This document shows positions 42,901 to 57,900 of a stretch of 64,000 bases of DNA, one piece after another. This DNA comes from Ylistrum balloti. Taxonomy: Eukaryota. The notes under the pieces were generated by a model, which saw only the letters and a program-made list of their open reading frames with translations, did no database searches and had not been told where the DNA came from. Positions within the stretch are counted from its first letter, which is position 1. The number at the start of each line of letters is the position of its first letter. Made by a program: the position numbers and the translations under genes. Where the stretch lies: positions 62,001 through 126,000 of the forward strand of contig NW_026781861.1 in NCBI RefSeq assembly GCF_031769215.1, given 5' to 3'.

Positions 42901-45900
42901 GATATTTGTGTACAGAGAAACTGTCGTACGTTTCTCTCTTTTGATATTTGTGTACAGAGAAACTGTCGTCCGTTTCTCTCATTTGATATTTGTGTACAGA
43001 GAAACTGTCGTCCGTTTCTCTCTTGATATTTGTGTACAGAGAAACTGTCGTCCGTTTCTCTCTTGGTATTTGTGTACAGAGAAACTGTCGTCCGTTTCTC
43101 TCTTGATATTTGTGTACAGAGAAACTGTCGTCCGTTTCTCTCTTGATATTTGTGTATAGAGAAACTGTCGTCCGTTTCTCCCTCTTGACATCAGAGCAAA
43201 AACAAATAGTAAACTAAATGTGAACTTAAGCTGAGATATTTTTATTGTAGTTTAGACCCATCTATTTAACTCTGATTGACGCGAGGGCGAAAAAGAAACC
43301 AAAAGCACATATTGTACTATATACGAATTACTTACAGACAAATGAGGAAGTAAGTAGGTATGGATGACTACTCCGGCTATCTAAGGCGTTTATGTTACAG
43401 AGTCAACCATGCTGTTAAACCATTCAAGGGTAATGTTTGATGTGTATTGTAACCTCAACGGACTGTGATAGGAAGGTGGACAGTACCACACCAGTACGTC
43501 TGTTATATAGTGTTAGCTGAACGTGTTATGAAGGTGGACAGGACCACAAGAGTATGTCTGTTTGTTATACTGTGTGACCTGAACTGTCTCTGTGTTATCA
43601 AGGTGGACAGGACCACATCATTATGTCTGTCTGTATTACAGTGTTACCTGCATCATTATGTCTGTCTGTATTACAGTGTTACCTGAAATGGCTGTGTGTT
43701 ATCAAGATGGACAGGACCACATCAGTATGCCTGTCTTATATTATAATTTTATTTATTTTACAACAATTGCGAAACAAGTTATGTCAACTTATACTAATCA
43801 CTCTTGTTGGCCCGGATGTAAGCGCGCGAGGGGTCTTATTGTGGGAGGAAACCGGAGAACCCGGGGAAAACCCACGTGGTCGGGCACGTAACCTCTTACC
43901 TTTTCACGTCCGTTCCGGGAATCGAACCCCGGTCGGCTAGGTGAAAGGCAAGTGTGTTACCACTGCGCCATCCTACCACCCCATATGTCTGTCTGTATTA
44001 CAGTGTTACCTGAAATGGCTGTGTGTTATCAAGATGGACAGGACCACATCAGTATGTCTGTCTGTATTTCAGTGTTACCTGAAATGGCTGTGTGTTATCA
44101 AGATGGACAGGACCACATCAGTACCTCTTAAAATCTGGATATCATCCAATGTATGATTACGTTAAGAAAATAATAATAAAAAGTCACCGTTATCAGTACG
44201 TATGATTTGATATTAAGGGCGACAATTAAGTTTGAATAGATATCCTTTTCAATAGGCTTATACTTCCCAAAACTGTTCGTTATAGATCTGTTGACGTCAA
44301 TTTCTTTTGAACCAAGCAGCAAGAAGTGCTTTAATGTCTGACGTCAATATACCGTTACATCTAAGTAATTGTTTTCCTGACAACATCTCTATGACGCGCC
44401 TTCTTTCAGTGTGTTTCCTTGCTAAGTTACACTCTGTCTGTGTATATTCAACTAAGTCCTGTTCAACGTCAAGATAAGCCCGACATCGATACTTCCTAAC
44501 ACCTAACAGAAACCTTGTTTACCACTGAACTGTCGAAGGCAAGCAAGGTTTCAGGATTCAATAATCAGTTCGTCCTTGTTTATAAGTTTAGAATTACGGT
44601 TACCACGAAGCAAAGAGTAATTAGTTAATTAATAAAGGAGGAGTTTCAGTACCGGATCAAAATAAAACACATGTCATTGTTGAAAACACTCAGGCCATAA
44701 ATGTGATGTTTGATGTTTTGTGACGAGCAGATAACTCCAGTATCAAATAAAGTGGGTGTTGATGTATAGAATGAGGAATGAGCTGAAATGTTTTGTGAAA
44801 TTCAACACGGATTATTTTCAGCATGCACATCCTTGATACACATGGGGTTACAATCACTTTCGATCTCTGCACCCTAGGAACATGTAATGGCAAATTAAAA
44901 GCACAAACGGAGTAATTTGATTGGTTGCAGCAACACAAATGACCAACCACAGGCTAATACGCTCCTGTTGAAGATTACAAAGAAGCGACACCCAACTTCA
45001 ATACCATTACAATATACCGTTATGCGACATCGAAATTCGTTTGATAAACATCAAATGATCAAACTAATCTTTTCGTCTTGTCTACAAGGTGGCGCACATG
45101 GAACCTTCAATTTTGTCCTGGCATGTTGCAGGGCTGCGGTAGGAGAAAGTGACCGTAAACCCCTGGGGTACCAATGGTGCAGAATACTGTGATGAATATC
45201 ATTATAGTTATTCTTCAGTTTGTGTCATGTATGATTTTAACATACATCGCTCCGTCTATTGACAAAAATACCTGTCTTGGGAAGTTCTTACTATTTGGTT
45301 GTGAATTAGTACCTAGCTCTTGGTAGAATTTGTTGGTACGATATGGGTGTGGAGTAAGATCATTTTCATTGGAGCAACGACAGCTGTGTCTGATATCCTA
45401 ACCCAACATAATCAGATGTATAATATGTGTAGCTAACAATCAATACACCACTTTATATTAGACCCAGGAACTCTTTTGCTATCAGAAATGTTAAAATGGG
45501 TGTGTCAGCAAAATAGAGAAAGAGATATATTTATAAATGTCATATCGAAAATTTAACTCAGTTCCGCTCTATCAATTTAGTTTTACTTAGTTTGACATTC
45601 GGTATATCTCTTCTAGCTTCCACATTAGTAATTTATCAGATGTTCGGTATCCCTTTCTTAATGACAATCTTGAAAAACTATCATACTACGAGTAAAATTA
45701 AACGGGAACCTGACACAGTTGGTAATACTTTTGATATGCCTGTTTTAGAACAGCTCTAACAATGTATCACTTTTTTGGAATATCTCCTCAAGATTAACAA
45801 TCCAATTAAAATGCACAAGTCAGAAATTTAAGTACAAAATAGATAACGTTTTATTTAGGTATATATGTATCAGGTAAATGTGATAAATAAGTGGATTTTG

Positions 45901-48900
45901 TTATGTAATATAAACCCGAATATTAAAGTTGTTTTCTGTCTCTCAATATGTTTGTTTTGTGTGTGTCTATATGTGTCTGTACATGCCTGTCGGCCTCAAT
46001 CAAGAACATGCTAATGTATAAGACTACAAATGAAGTTTTTTTCTAACATTAACATATTCCTTATTTGTTTGACCCTTTTGCAGTTGAATTAAAAAAAACA
46101 AAGAAAAAAAAAAGAAATCTACAGTTCGCTAGCAAGATTTATTTACATTATCAGCATGTGAGTTCATTTACACGGTGTCTTAAAAACCTGTCTGAATGAA
46201 TATTTACACATATCTTACCTTGTGTCGGCGGTGGTAGTGTTGATGGTACAGGTGTAGAGACTGAAAGGAAAGTGTGAACTCGGATGAAGATACATAATCC
46301 AACATCTGCATTACACGTTACCGGCATCGTCACATAATTTATCTCAATAGATTTTTATATCAGAATACATTAGTCAAGCCGGTAAGCACAGTGTGGATGG
46401 CTTGTGTCTGGAATCCATAAGGAGAGACATATATATCTGGGGCTCTAAATAGTGAATACATCCATTCTAACTGAAATCACAAACACTTTAATAACACCGG
46501 ACTCAAACACGAGAAATTCTCTTTTAGAAAAGACGGTTTTGTGGAAATAGATTTACATCCTCATCCATGGAATTTATAGGTGCAGTAGAGATCTCATGCA
46601 CAACATATAAACAGTTATCACATTTGAGGAGGTAGAATCCATGCACAATATACGTATCACCTAACTACACCTACATAGTGGCCTGAGACTCTCGCGTCAC
46701 CGATCTAGAGATAGAAGGAGCAGTGGAAATGCACCATCTACATTTGTCATTTACTGTGATTACTACTGAACTATGTCTGCCCAGCTGACGGCAGATTCCC
46801 CTTGAGTTACGTAATTAGCTCCCGGTGTTTATATACTGATCTTTTGTGACCTCTGTCGTTCATTCAATCTTATATATCTAGCTAATTATTGCCATTGTTG
46901 TCGATGTCGAGAGTATGTCGAATGCCAGGTATCATTCAAAGAAACTGTGGTCTTTCATTGGAGAAAAAACAGCGATAGGTTAGTATCAAAATATCCAGTA
47001 CGTCTGTATTAATCCACGTTGTAGATTCAGTAGAAAATGAGAAAAAAATCTTACGTAATACACACGGACTGTTAACATTTATAGACTGCATGTGACTAGA
47101 TTACCAAATACACTAATAAACGATTCCTACTTTTGTACGAGGAATTATCTATCAATCCTTCCAGTACCTGTTCTCCGCGAGTTTTGTTAGGAGTAGCATA
47201 ACAATTGTAGACATCCATGGGCGCAATACTCGGACTGTATCATACCACTGTTTGCTCCTATCCAATACAACATAGATTTAAGCTAGATTTCCCCGTGTGA
47301 AATATCCTTGCGTTGTAATAGTATCACTTGTGCAAATCTATATTTTTATTGATAAATTTAGGCTTTCAAATGCGTGGTACCCAAACTATGTAAAACCACT
47401 GCTCACAGCACGAATTTCACTGTCGGGATACACGAGCTGTACAATACCACTTCTTCAGACACAGCTTGAATAAGTGTGGTACACGAGCTGTACAATGCTA
47501 GTTCTTAATACAGGGCTTTCATAGACGTAGTACCCGCGCTGTACAATACCACTTCTTCAGAAACAACTTGAGGAAGTGTGGTAAACGGGGTGTACGATGC
47601 TAATTCTAAATACAGGGCTTTAATAGACGTAGTACCCGCGCTGTACAATACCACTTCTTCAGAAACAACTTGAGGAAGTGTGGTAAACGGGGTGTACGAT
47701 GCTAATTCTAAATACAGGGCTTTAATAGACGTGGTACCCGCGCTGTACAATACCACTTCTTCAGACACAGCTTGAATAAGTGTGGTAAACGGGGTGTACG
47801 ATGCTAATTCTAAATACAGGGCTTTAATAGACGTGGTACCCGCGCTGTACAATACCACGTCTTCAGACACAGCTTGAATAAGTGTGATACACGAGCTGTA
47901 CAATGGTAATTCTAAATACAGGGCTTTAATAGACGTGGTACCCGCGCTCTACAATACCACTCCTTCAGACACAGCTTGAATAAGTGTGGTAAACGGGGTG
48001 TACGATACTAAGTCTAAATACAGGGCTTTAATAGACGTAGCACCCGCGCTACAATACCACTACACGGGGTGTACGATACTAAGTCTAAATACAGGGCTTT
48101 AATAGACGTAGCACCCGCGCTTTACAATACCACTTCTTCAGACACAGCTTGAATAATACAGGGCTTTAATAGACGTGGTAACCACACTGGTTAAGTCTGT
48201 TTTGTACAAAGAAGGCAAACTACCAGTGCTGAGTCGTATCACTGCTGTAAGATAGGTTTTAGTAGCAATTCGAATCTATCTTTTTTAAGCTCAAATAGGT
48301 TGATAAAGTGATCGTTTGAAACACAGTTTAAAGGCAGTATATGTAATTTTAGTATCAAATTAAAATAAATTGATTTTTTTTTTGCAACTCAATTCTTAAT
48401 AAACATATTTTTTTTTCTAAATTTCTACACATTAAAAAATTGAGCCCTCACATTGGCCTCAGGATATTTGAACTAAAGAGATTAAACAGAAAGATTAAAT
48501 GTATTACAGTTATTCTGAATGAGATTTCTTCATGTTAAGTTTAGATGCTAAACAGATAACATATCTGCTTGATGAATAGCTCAAATTATCGCTATAAAAT
48601 ATTACTTAAGTGTTAAATATCGTGTTAGAAATCATATTGTGTTAGCTGAGATATTGATCAATTTGTGTGCTCCGTGCCTCAAGCACTTTCACTCTCAGAA
48701 AAAAAAAAATATATAAACACGAATTATACATATCTGTTTGTAAATCTCTCAATTTGCGCAGAAGTAATGTCACGGTAGGCATATCGCTTTGCTTCATTGT
48801 CGACGTAGACACTATTTATCTATACACAATACCAAAGTGACAGCTCTAAATGGGAAGCAATTTATTTTCTCTATATTTATGAGGTGAAGAAGACATACCA

Positions 48901-51900
48901 GGTAAAACTACATTAACAAGCGGCTTCTTATTTATTTAAACAATTTCATTCTAATACCCCCAGCTCTTATTACAGTATTTCTTTTGAATCCGAGTATGGC
49001 ATGACCTATGTAATCTCTTAATGTTTAATAATGTACGAAATCATAGACAGCTTATTAATTCCAGGAATCTTAAAGATGATTTACAACTTTTTGAATAATG
49101 TCATGCAGATTTTCTTCGGAAAAGGAAAATTAATTTTTCGACATGCAGAAAGTTACCTAATTTTAATAATAATGGTGATCATGATGAAATGTATGCAGAC
49201 TTTCATATACCAAGTATATCGTCTATTTATGATTCAAATCATGCCTTAACATTATTACAAGAAAAAAGTAAATTTGAATTTGTATATGTTCAGTTCATCG
49301 ACACTCGATACGTTCATGTAATATAAGACTATGTTATGTCCTTTTCCTTTCAGTCAAAACGACCTTAAAGTAATTATAAAGAGGAATGACAGTAATTTTA
49401 CACTATGTACCATGTTTTCAGTCAAGACTTCATGAAATGCTCACCGGAACAGTCAAAACGAACCCTGTAGAGATGCTCAAAAAGTGATGCACCGCATTTG
49501 TTCCAAACGAAAGGTAAATACTTTTTAGATCATTGTACAGTTGTTGACAAACATCAACATCTTTCAATTCACACTTGAAAAATAAAATACATAGGATTGG
49601 ATTCACTTATCAAACCACTGCTCGCTCCGACCACCGATTTTAAGTGTCCATTCGTATTATCTAGATTTCACCTTCGCTGGTATCATGCTTACAATTGATT
49701 TGGTATCTAACCAGCCAGAGATGATGAGGTCGTATCTTACAGCCGTACGAATATAAGACAGCTTTATTCAAACGTTATATGCAGTTAACGAAGAATTGCA
49801 ATACACAAACATTCCGAATGGCATACTGCATCATACCAAAAAATTCAAAACTCATGTCATGAAAATGATATCAACAATATGTCATATCAACATTTGATTT
49901 ACCATCAAACAATATTTGTGAACATTTTCACATTTGAAACAGGCAGCGGGATGATAAGTATTACCTTCAAATAATTTATTTGCTTACCTTGTTCTCGGGA
50001 AGGTCCCGTTGTTGGTGGTTCTGTACCTCTGGCACCTATCATATGGCGTTCACAAATGCATTCATGACAGACAAACATTTCAACGAAATACGATATAAGT
50101 TTTACAAGAACATTACATTACAATAATAATATAACCGAATAGCGTGTTGTTTAAAGGCAGTGTTTACAGTGACATCATGGACACAAACGATAATGTGAAA
50201 GTAAGATATAAATAAAAGTGCAAGCGATTATCTATCTATATATACATGTGATATTAGACACATTAAGCAGTGTATATTTACATACAGGTGACATTAGTAA
50301 ACATGAATATCGATCAGTCGATCAATAGAAGCTGAAATGAAAAATTTTCATCCTTTACATTTGTGATATATGTCGAATAATATAACTGACCTACCTGGAC
50401 AGAAGGCGGAAAATATTTTTTTATCAAGACCCTTTAATTCATCGAAACTCTGCACGTTGAAGCTGTTTGCCTCTGGCGGTTGATTGGCTATTGCATCTAC
50501 TTCCGTCGTATCAGTTAGACCGATACCAATGGAGTACACATGTATCCCGTCACCCCTTGCTCCATCTGCCTCCGGAATGGTACGACGAGAATTAATGTTT
50601 GAGACGCCATCGGTAATGACAATACCTACATTCGGAACTCCCTCTCGATCACCATCTGCGGCATTGAACATGTTTCTCATTGTCTGTATAGCGTCTGCAG
50701 TATTAGTACTTCCGTAAATATAAGGGATTTTATCAATAGCAGCAAACACTTCAGAAGATGAAGAGAAGGAATTCAAGTTGAACTGAATCTCCACGTTCGA
50801 GCTGTATATGAGCATACCCACACGAACACTCCCGGAATCAAGATCAGCATTTCCGAGGAAGTCCTTGCAGAATTGAAGCATCTTGCCATAGTTATCTTCA
50901 CCAACACTCGTAGAAGAATCCAATATAATTATCAGATCTACTTTGGAAAGACCACAATCTGTAATCGTTTACAAAAATGTATGTCAACTCAACAAATCAA
51001 AAGAAGATTTATCAGAAATTTGACAAGAACGGTCACAAAAATAACTGATGAATGAGGAATTTTCTAGGAACTACCAAAGTACGTTCAGTCAATAAATGCC
51101 ATTGCTTATGTTATCAATTTGGTAGCAATATCTTAAGTTCCCTGTATGGATGGGTGTTGTCTGAATGCGTTCAAGTTAACAAAATTGGTTTATTGGTTTC
51201 CTATGTGTGAATGAATTTATAAATATATGTCTTTTTTCAAGGAAGTTATTCGAATTAACAAAATCTGTTCATCGTATGTTTTTAAGGTAAATGAATGTTT
51301 TATCTGTATGTGTTCGAGATAATAAAATGTGTTTTCCGTAAGTGTTCGAGTTAGGTGTTTTCCGTATGTTCTGAAGATAAATAAAATCGATTACTTTTTG
51401 TGTGCTATAAGTAAGTTTGAGTCAAGTTCAAAATGCTTTTCTGTATAAATATGAGATAAATATGTAAAATATGTTAATGTGTTCATAGTTAAATGTTTTT
51501 CTTACCGGACTTTGGAGGCACGGTAGATGAAACAGAATAAGGGCGGGTATAGTGGTTTTAATATAAGTGGAATTAATATTTCTTATCATAGAAACTAGTG
51601 AAGAAAATGGGATTGATCATGATTCGCATTAAAAATGCAGTTTAAAATGTCACTGATGTTTAATTGTAGACATAATCGTGTAATTTCTTGGCATGAAATA
51701 TAAAGGAAAGTGAAAAGCATAAGAGTTGTGTCCCTTGCCGAATAAATGCAATATGAAAAATGTAAAGCATGCCTTCTACTGAGAGGGAAATAAGATTGAA
51801 GATTTTAAGACTGATATGTCTAAATCAAATGATAATTTCTGAGTTGTAAACATTTTTAATATATTTTTGTTTTCGGAGATGTTTGTTGTTATTCCTTTAA

Positions 51901-54900
51901 TTTGTTCTATCGGTGTCATTTCCCAGGTCTTTACACCTACGGTTAAAAGGAATGATTTTGATTAAAATGACAAAACATTTGTGTCATCTCGATCTTAATC
52001 AATTTCTAGACCTAAACCACACCGTATTATCTTGAAATGAGTAGCAAACATTATTACGCTCATGGTAATCCATTTTTCCATCACAAGTTACCAAACAACT
52101 CCAAATAATGTGACTACTGTAGTAAAGAGACTTCAACAAAATCAGTATTAGCATTTTGTGGGTGTTTAAATTTGTAACACTTACATGCTGGAGAATATGG
52201 CCTCGGTCTAAATCCTGGCGTTGGTAACTCCGGCACTATCAAAAGCAGGAAAAGTAGTCAAAATGATCAGAACGATTCTTGATTTAGACTTCAATATAAG
52301 ATTTTTTGATGGAATGATCTTTCTATGAGCTCAGTGAGCACAAATTTCTCAACATCGATACATATTGTCTAAGTTGTAACACACTAAGAGATAAACAATC
52401 ATTCGACAATTAGCACGTGGTTAAATGCTCTCTTGTGTTTGTAAGTAATGTAAAACTAATAAATTTATAAATAAAATAAAATACTCCCAGGTTCACTAAT
52501 ATCATAACAAACAGTGTATTAAAACTACAATTCCATACCGGATAACACCCACTTTCCTAGGTTTGATACCCCCCCCCCCCCCCCCTCCCCCCATTCCCCG
52601 CCCAACAACAACAACACAAACACTTACATGCTTCTAACATCGCTAACTCGTCGTCGATATCCTCCGGTCGGTCAGATATAAGGAACAGACGTTGGTATTC
52701 CTCCAGTGGATGTGACGACACCTCGTCCAGTTCACTGTGGTCTCGGAGTCCTACTCCAACCGTGAATAAGTAATTACCGTCATTTTCATTTTTCTCTGCT
52801 GCCCGGAATGCTTCGTACCTATCAGTGCTTTCGTCATTTCCGGTAATCAAGAGAATAAAGTTTCTCGCAAAATCTCTGTCGCCATTGTCAGGTCTGAACA
52901 TCTCCGTTCTCACATAATCTAAAGCAGCCGCGGTGTTGGTCTCCCCTGGCTGATACTGGATATCGTCCATGGCAGCCACAACGCCATCCTTTGTTAAGTA
53001 ATCGTCCAGCTGGAATTGAGCGGCCTGATCAGTACTGTACCTAAGGAGACCTACTCGGAACCTCCCATCGTTAATACTTAGTTGACCTGCCACCATTTTC
53101 GCATAATTACGAATCCATTCGAACTTTTCTGGTGTAACAGACGAATCCAAGACGATGACAAGATCGAACGCTCTTGGATCTGGGAGTTGAGTCACTACAA
53201 CCACGAAAACATTTGGTATATTATAAAAATGGTAAATGCTTTGTCACAATCTGTAGAATATCAATAGATAATCCATATAGTTAAAAAAATGATTACCCTT
53301 AGTTGATTTTTTTAACGTATAAGTTGCTCTAGTATTGAAGTTTGCATTTGTTACATAATACCATATTCCAGAGCATCTAATTTATTAAGATATACTCAAA
53401 ATAACTGGCGTAATGTCGCTAATATCATCAACATAACAGTTCAAATCAAAATATAAATAATTACTTTATTAAATCGAAACCTGTAAGTTTAACGTTCAAT
53501 ACTTAACCGAATGGTGTTATATATTGTGTGATTTTTAAGCATTACCAACAAAAGTCATTTGTTTTGATGAAAAAAATGCAAGCGTCAAAAACAGGGATTT
53601 TGTTTAGAGTATTTCCGTTCCAGGCACTTTCAGAATTAAAATTCATCGCCCCTCCCCCCTCACCCCCAAAGAAAAAAAAACAAAAACAAAAAATAACCCC
53701 CAAACAAAATAAAGACAAAACATAACAAAAACAAATCCGATTTGTTATGATGATGAAGAGTTCAAAGAACTATATAATAGAATGGAAATGCATTTCCATA
53801 AAACATGCACGTGTTAATTGCATGTTTACCTCTTAGAGTAGTTGTCGGAGTATCAGTAGTTCTTGGCTCTTCTGTCGGTATACGTCCTAACACATACAGA
53901 CACAGACAGTGCAATAAAGTGTAATACATATTACAATGTAATACATAACAGTTTGTAAGACACAATACACAGTGCTATATATAATACAGGAAATACGTGA
54001 TACATTGTAATATATAACAAAATAGTACAAAACAATGTGCAATACACGATACATACAGTGTTATACACCACATTAATTAATTCACAATATGGTATTGTAC
54101 AATAAGAAACATCATACAGTTTTAGAAGAGGTAACAGTTGAATACAATGTCGCATACATATATACCGAACATATTCCCCGGAACAAAAACATACGCCCAC
54201 GTATATTTATATTCAGATTTTTATATGGGTTTCTGATAAATTGCTATTATGTGAACGAAAATTCCCAATATAGACATATACATTCACAAACGAGTATCCG
54301 GGGAAAAGAAAATGCGTAAACGAAAGTGAGTTGTGCAGTGTAATATGTAAATTAGCGTAACAGTAGAGGAAATACAGATTGATCAACATTACATTGAATC
54401 CATATAAAGTGGTGCCTAATACGTGACAAAAGCAGTGCAATGTCTCAAGGTAGTAGTTCGCTATAGAAACGGATATGTATGAATATTATTTTCAAAGGAA
54501 GAAAAACCTCCACCAGATTGTCTTTTATCATACTAATATTATCGTTCTGGTGTTTTGTATTTGTGTATACCAGTAATCTGAACATACCTGGACAGAGAGA
54601 AGAGAAGACCTGGTCACTGAGAGCATTCAACTCGTCAAATGTCTGCACGTTGAAGCTGTTTTCCGATGAGGGTTTGTTAGCGATACCGTCTAACTCCTTC
54701 GTGTCTTTCAGACCGATACCAATAGCATACACATGTATGTCTGCATCCCTGGCCCGGTCCGCTTCCGGAATGGTTCTCCGGGAGTTGATGTTGGATACAC
54801 CGTCTGTTAAGATGATACAGATGTTGGGAACGTCAGCACGGTCTCCATCGGCAGCATTGAACATGTTCCTCATTGTCAGCAGCGCATCAGCGGTGTTCGT

Positions 54901-57900
54901 ACTTCCATAGATATAGGGAATTTCATCGATAGCCTGGTATATTTCAGCCTTTGTTGAATAGGAGTTCAAGTTAAACTGAATTTCTACCCCGGAACTGTAG
55001 ATCAAGGCACCGACACGTACGTTTCCAGAGTCAATGTCGGCGTTCTTGAGGAAATCCTTACAGAAAGCCAGCATTTTATCGTAGTTTTCCTGTCCTACAC
55101 TGGTGGAGGCATCGATGATGATGACCAGATCGACTTTGGACAAGGCGCAGTCTACACAAAATAAAAAAAATATTTGTAGTCCAAATTGGACTATTTCATA
55201 AATACTCATTAAAGAATTTATATGAAGATAATAAGTTGAAATATCAAATTATATTAACCATTTAGTAGAACTGATGATTACTGATATCATGTGTATATAA
55301 GCAATCGATACTAATAATACACTGGATATACTTTAGTCGCATTAGATGTAAGAATAAGTTATCATACCCACGTAATAGGAAGCTTTAGCCGATCTAATGT
55401 TCGATATGAAATGAAAGCACTATTTAATCGAGAATTTAATTCCTGATATCAAGGTATTTAACCTCGAATACACCATCTATGTGAAGTTAATCTTTGTTAA
55501 TATTCCCTTAATAAATTACACGATCCCTTTTAAAAGTAATACTTCTTAGTTGCATTTTAGAATCCGTAAAAATGGAAGATAAAAAACAATAGAAATCGAT
55601 GTGTGTTCGGTTGCTGGATAAAACCATCAACGAACGTGGATATATACAAGGAAATATCCAATCAAAAAAATGTTGTTCTCATTAAACAGATTTTAAATGC
55701 AATGCAAAAAAGTAAGATCATGTTTCAAAATGAGATCATGGTAAACTACGAAGGAAACATCAAGTATACAGACGAACGTCAAACACGGTAAACATCTGTG
55801 GAACCAATAGGTGTACTATCGAACATCAGACACTGTAAACGACAGCAGGACCAATAGGTATACTATCGACAGCAAAACCAATAGTTATACTATCGAACAT
55901 CAGACACTGTAAACGACAGCAAAACCAATAGTTATACTAACGAACATCAGACACTGTAAACGACAGCAGAACCAATAGTTATACTAACGAACATCAGACA
56001 CTGTAAACGACAGCAAAACTAATAGTTATATTAACGAACATCAGACACTGTAAACGACACCAGGACTAATAGGTATACTATCGAACAACAAACACTGTAA
56101 ACGACAGCAAAACCAATAGTTATATTAACGAACATCAGACACTGTAAACGACAGCAGGACCATTAGGTATACTATCGAACATCAGACACGGTAAACGACA
56201 GCAGAACCAATAGTTATACTAACGAACATCAGACACGGTAAACACGAAGAAACTATCAGATATACAAACGATGACCAGATACCGTAAACAATAGCGGAAC
56301 CAACACGAGTTCGAAAAATGTCCAGTGTCACACCGCAAAAGGAAACTGTGTTTCCCAATGTCATCATTATTTCCGTATCATCTGAATGAACGATGATTCC
56401 CCCAATCAAACCAACTAATGTTACTTACCTGAAGGGGGAGGGAGCGTGATTGGTAATGGAGTGGTAGCTATAGAAACGAAAAAAAAGAACACAGGTTGAA
56501 CTTAAACAGTGAATTATGTTGTTTGTATACATGATTAAATCGACTATTTTTGGTTCTTTACATTTACCCGGTAGTTAATATGTTATAACACAGTGTTTGG
56601 AATTAGACTGATATGCTAATTATGACATATATTTCTTCTATTACTCAAGTCGTATTAAAATACCTTTAAACCTTTCTCTCTGTACCGGACACTATTTGTA
56701 GAGAACAGTGATCGAATTCTTTATTCACATGTGTCTTTTCTACAATCTTTATAAACACAAAATCTGAAGATGAAGAATGTTATATCTATATCTGATGAGA
56801 CTCAATCGAGGTTTGCAGAGGTCAAAACCTCTTAGTTTGCTTGTTGTTTTTTTATCATGTATTTATTGCATTTGGAAACAACCTCCCCCCAGCCCATTCC
56901 ACAAAAAGAAAACCAAAATGTTATTTAAGAATTATTCGAAACCCTTATCTTCAAACATTTCTGTTAAGGTATTGAAGACCTGATGACCGGTTCCTACTTA
57001 CTTGGTGGCGGGTAGGGTCTACCACGGAACCCATCAGGTGGCTGTTCCGGTACTGTAAGAAAGGAACAAATTATATTGCAATTTCAAAAAATAGTGGGAA
57101 ATTAACATACTGATCATTATTTCATAGATAGTAAGTAAATTAAACTAATATATATATAACACAAAAACAAAAGATCATTCTTTAATAAATAGTTAGTAAA
57201 AGTTTATCAAGTAAAACAAACTAAAAACATGTATATATGTAACACAAAAACAACAGAAGAACTGATTAATCAAATTACCTACCTTCCTTACATGTTATTT
57301 ATCAATCATTCTTTCATGACATATTTTATTATCATTTTGATACTTTGATAATTTTCAGGTGACTGTTATGCACATTCAAATTTGCACTGATGATTATCTA
57401 TAACCATTTTCAAGTCTCCGATTTTTTAAAGCGAGATGGTATATGAAAAGTTGATGTTCACATAAATTTGCAAACCATATTGCCATTACAATACGTGATA
57501 TTAAATGACATGTCAAGAAAAGGATCATAGGAAATATAGCTCACATGCTTCTAACATCGCTAACTCGTCGTCGATATCCTCCGGTCGGTCAGATATAAGG
57601 AACAGACGTTGGTATTCCTCCAGTGGATGTGACGACACCTCGTCCAGTTCACTGTGGTCTCGGAGTCCTACTCCAACCGTGAATAAGTAATTACCGTCAT
57701 TTTCATTTTTCTCTGCAGCCCGGAATGCTTCGTACCTATCAGTGCTTTCGTCATTTCCGGTAATCAAGAGAATAAAGTTTCTCGCAAAATCTCTGTCGCC
57801 ATTGTCAGGTCTGAACATCTCCGTTCTCACATAATCTAAAGCAGCCGCGGTGTTGGTCTCCCCTGGCTGATACTGGATATCGTCCATGGCAGCCACAACA

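Noticed and set aside
42629-43191. 176-aa ORF of RETVVRFSLLIFVY repeats
   Set aside because: A 42-bp tandem repeat that happens to be stop-free in one frame.
47165-47200. Candidate mini-exon ending GAGAACAG/gtactg
   Set aside because: No AG acceptor nearby, and the phase-1 reading contains a stop.
46330-47420. Possible missing VWA exon or non-LTR retrotransposon fragment (minus strand DKCRWC...HGFYLLKCD)
   Set aside because: No VWA motif found. The Cys/His pattern is suggestive but all frames have many stops, so it cannot be called without a profile search.
47505-47903. 132-aa ORF with a 34-aa period, considered as an extra exon
   Set aside because: A 102-bp tandem repeat with no convincing acceptor or donor. 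The frame breaks in neighbouring units.
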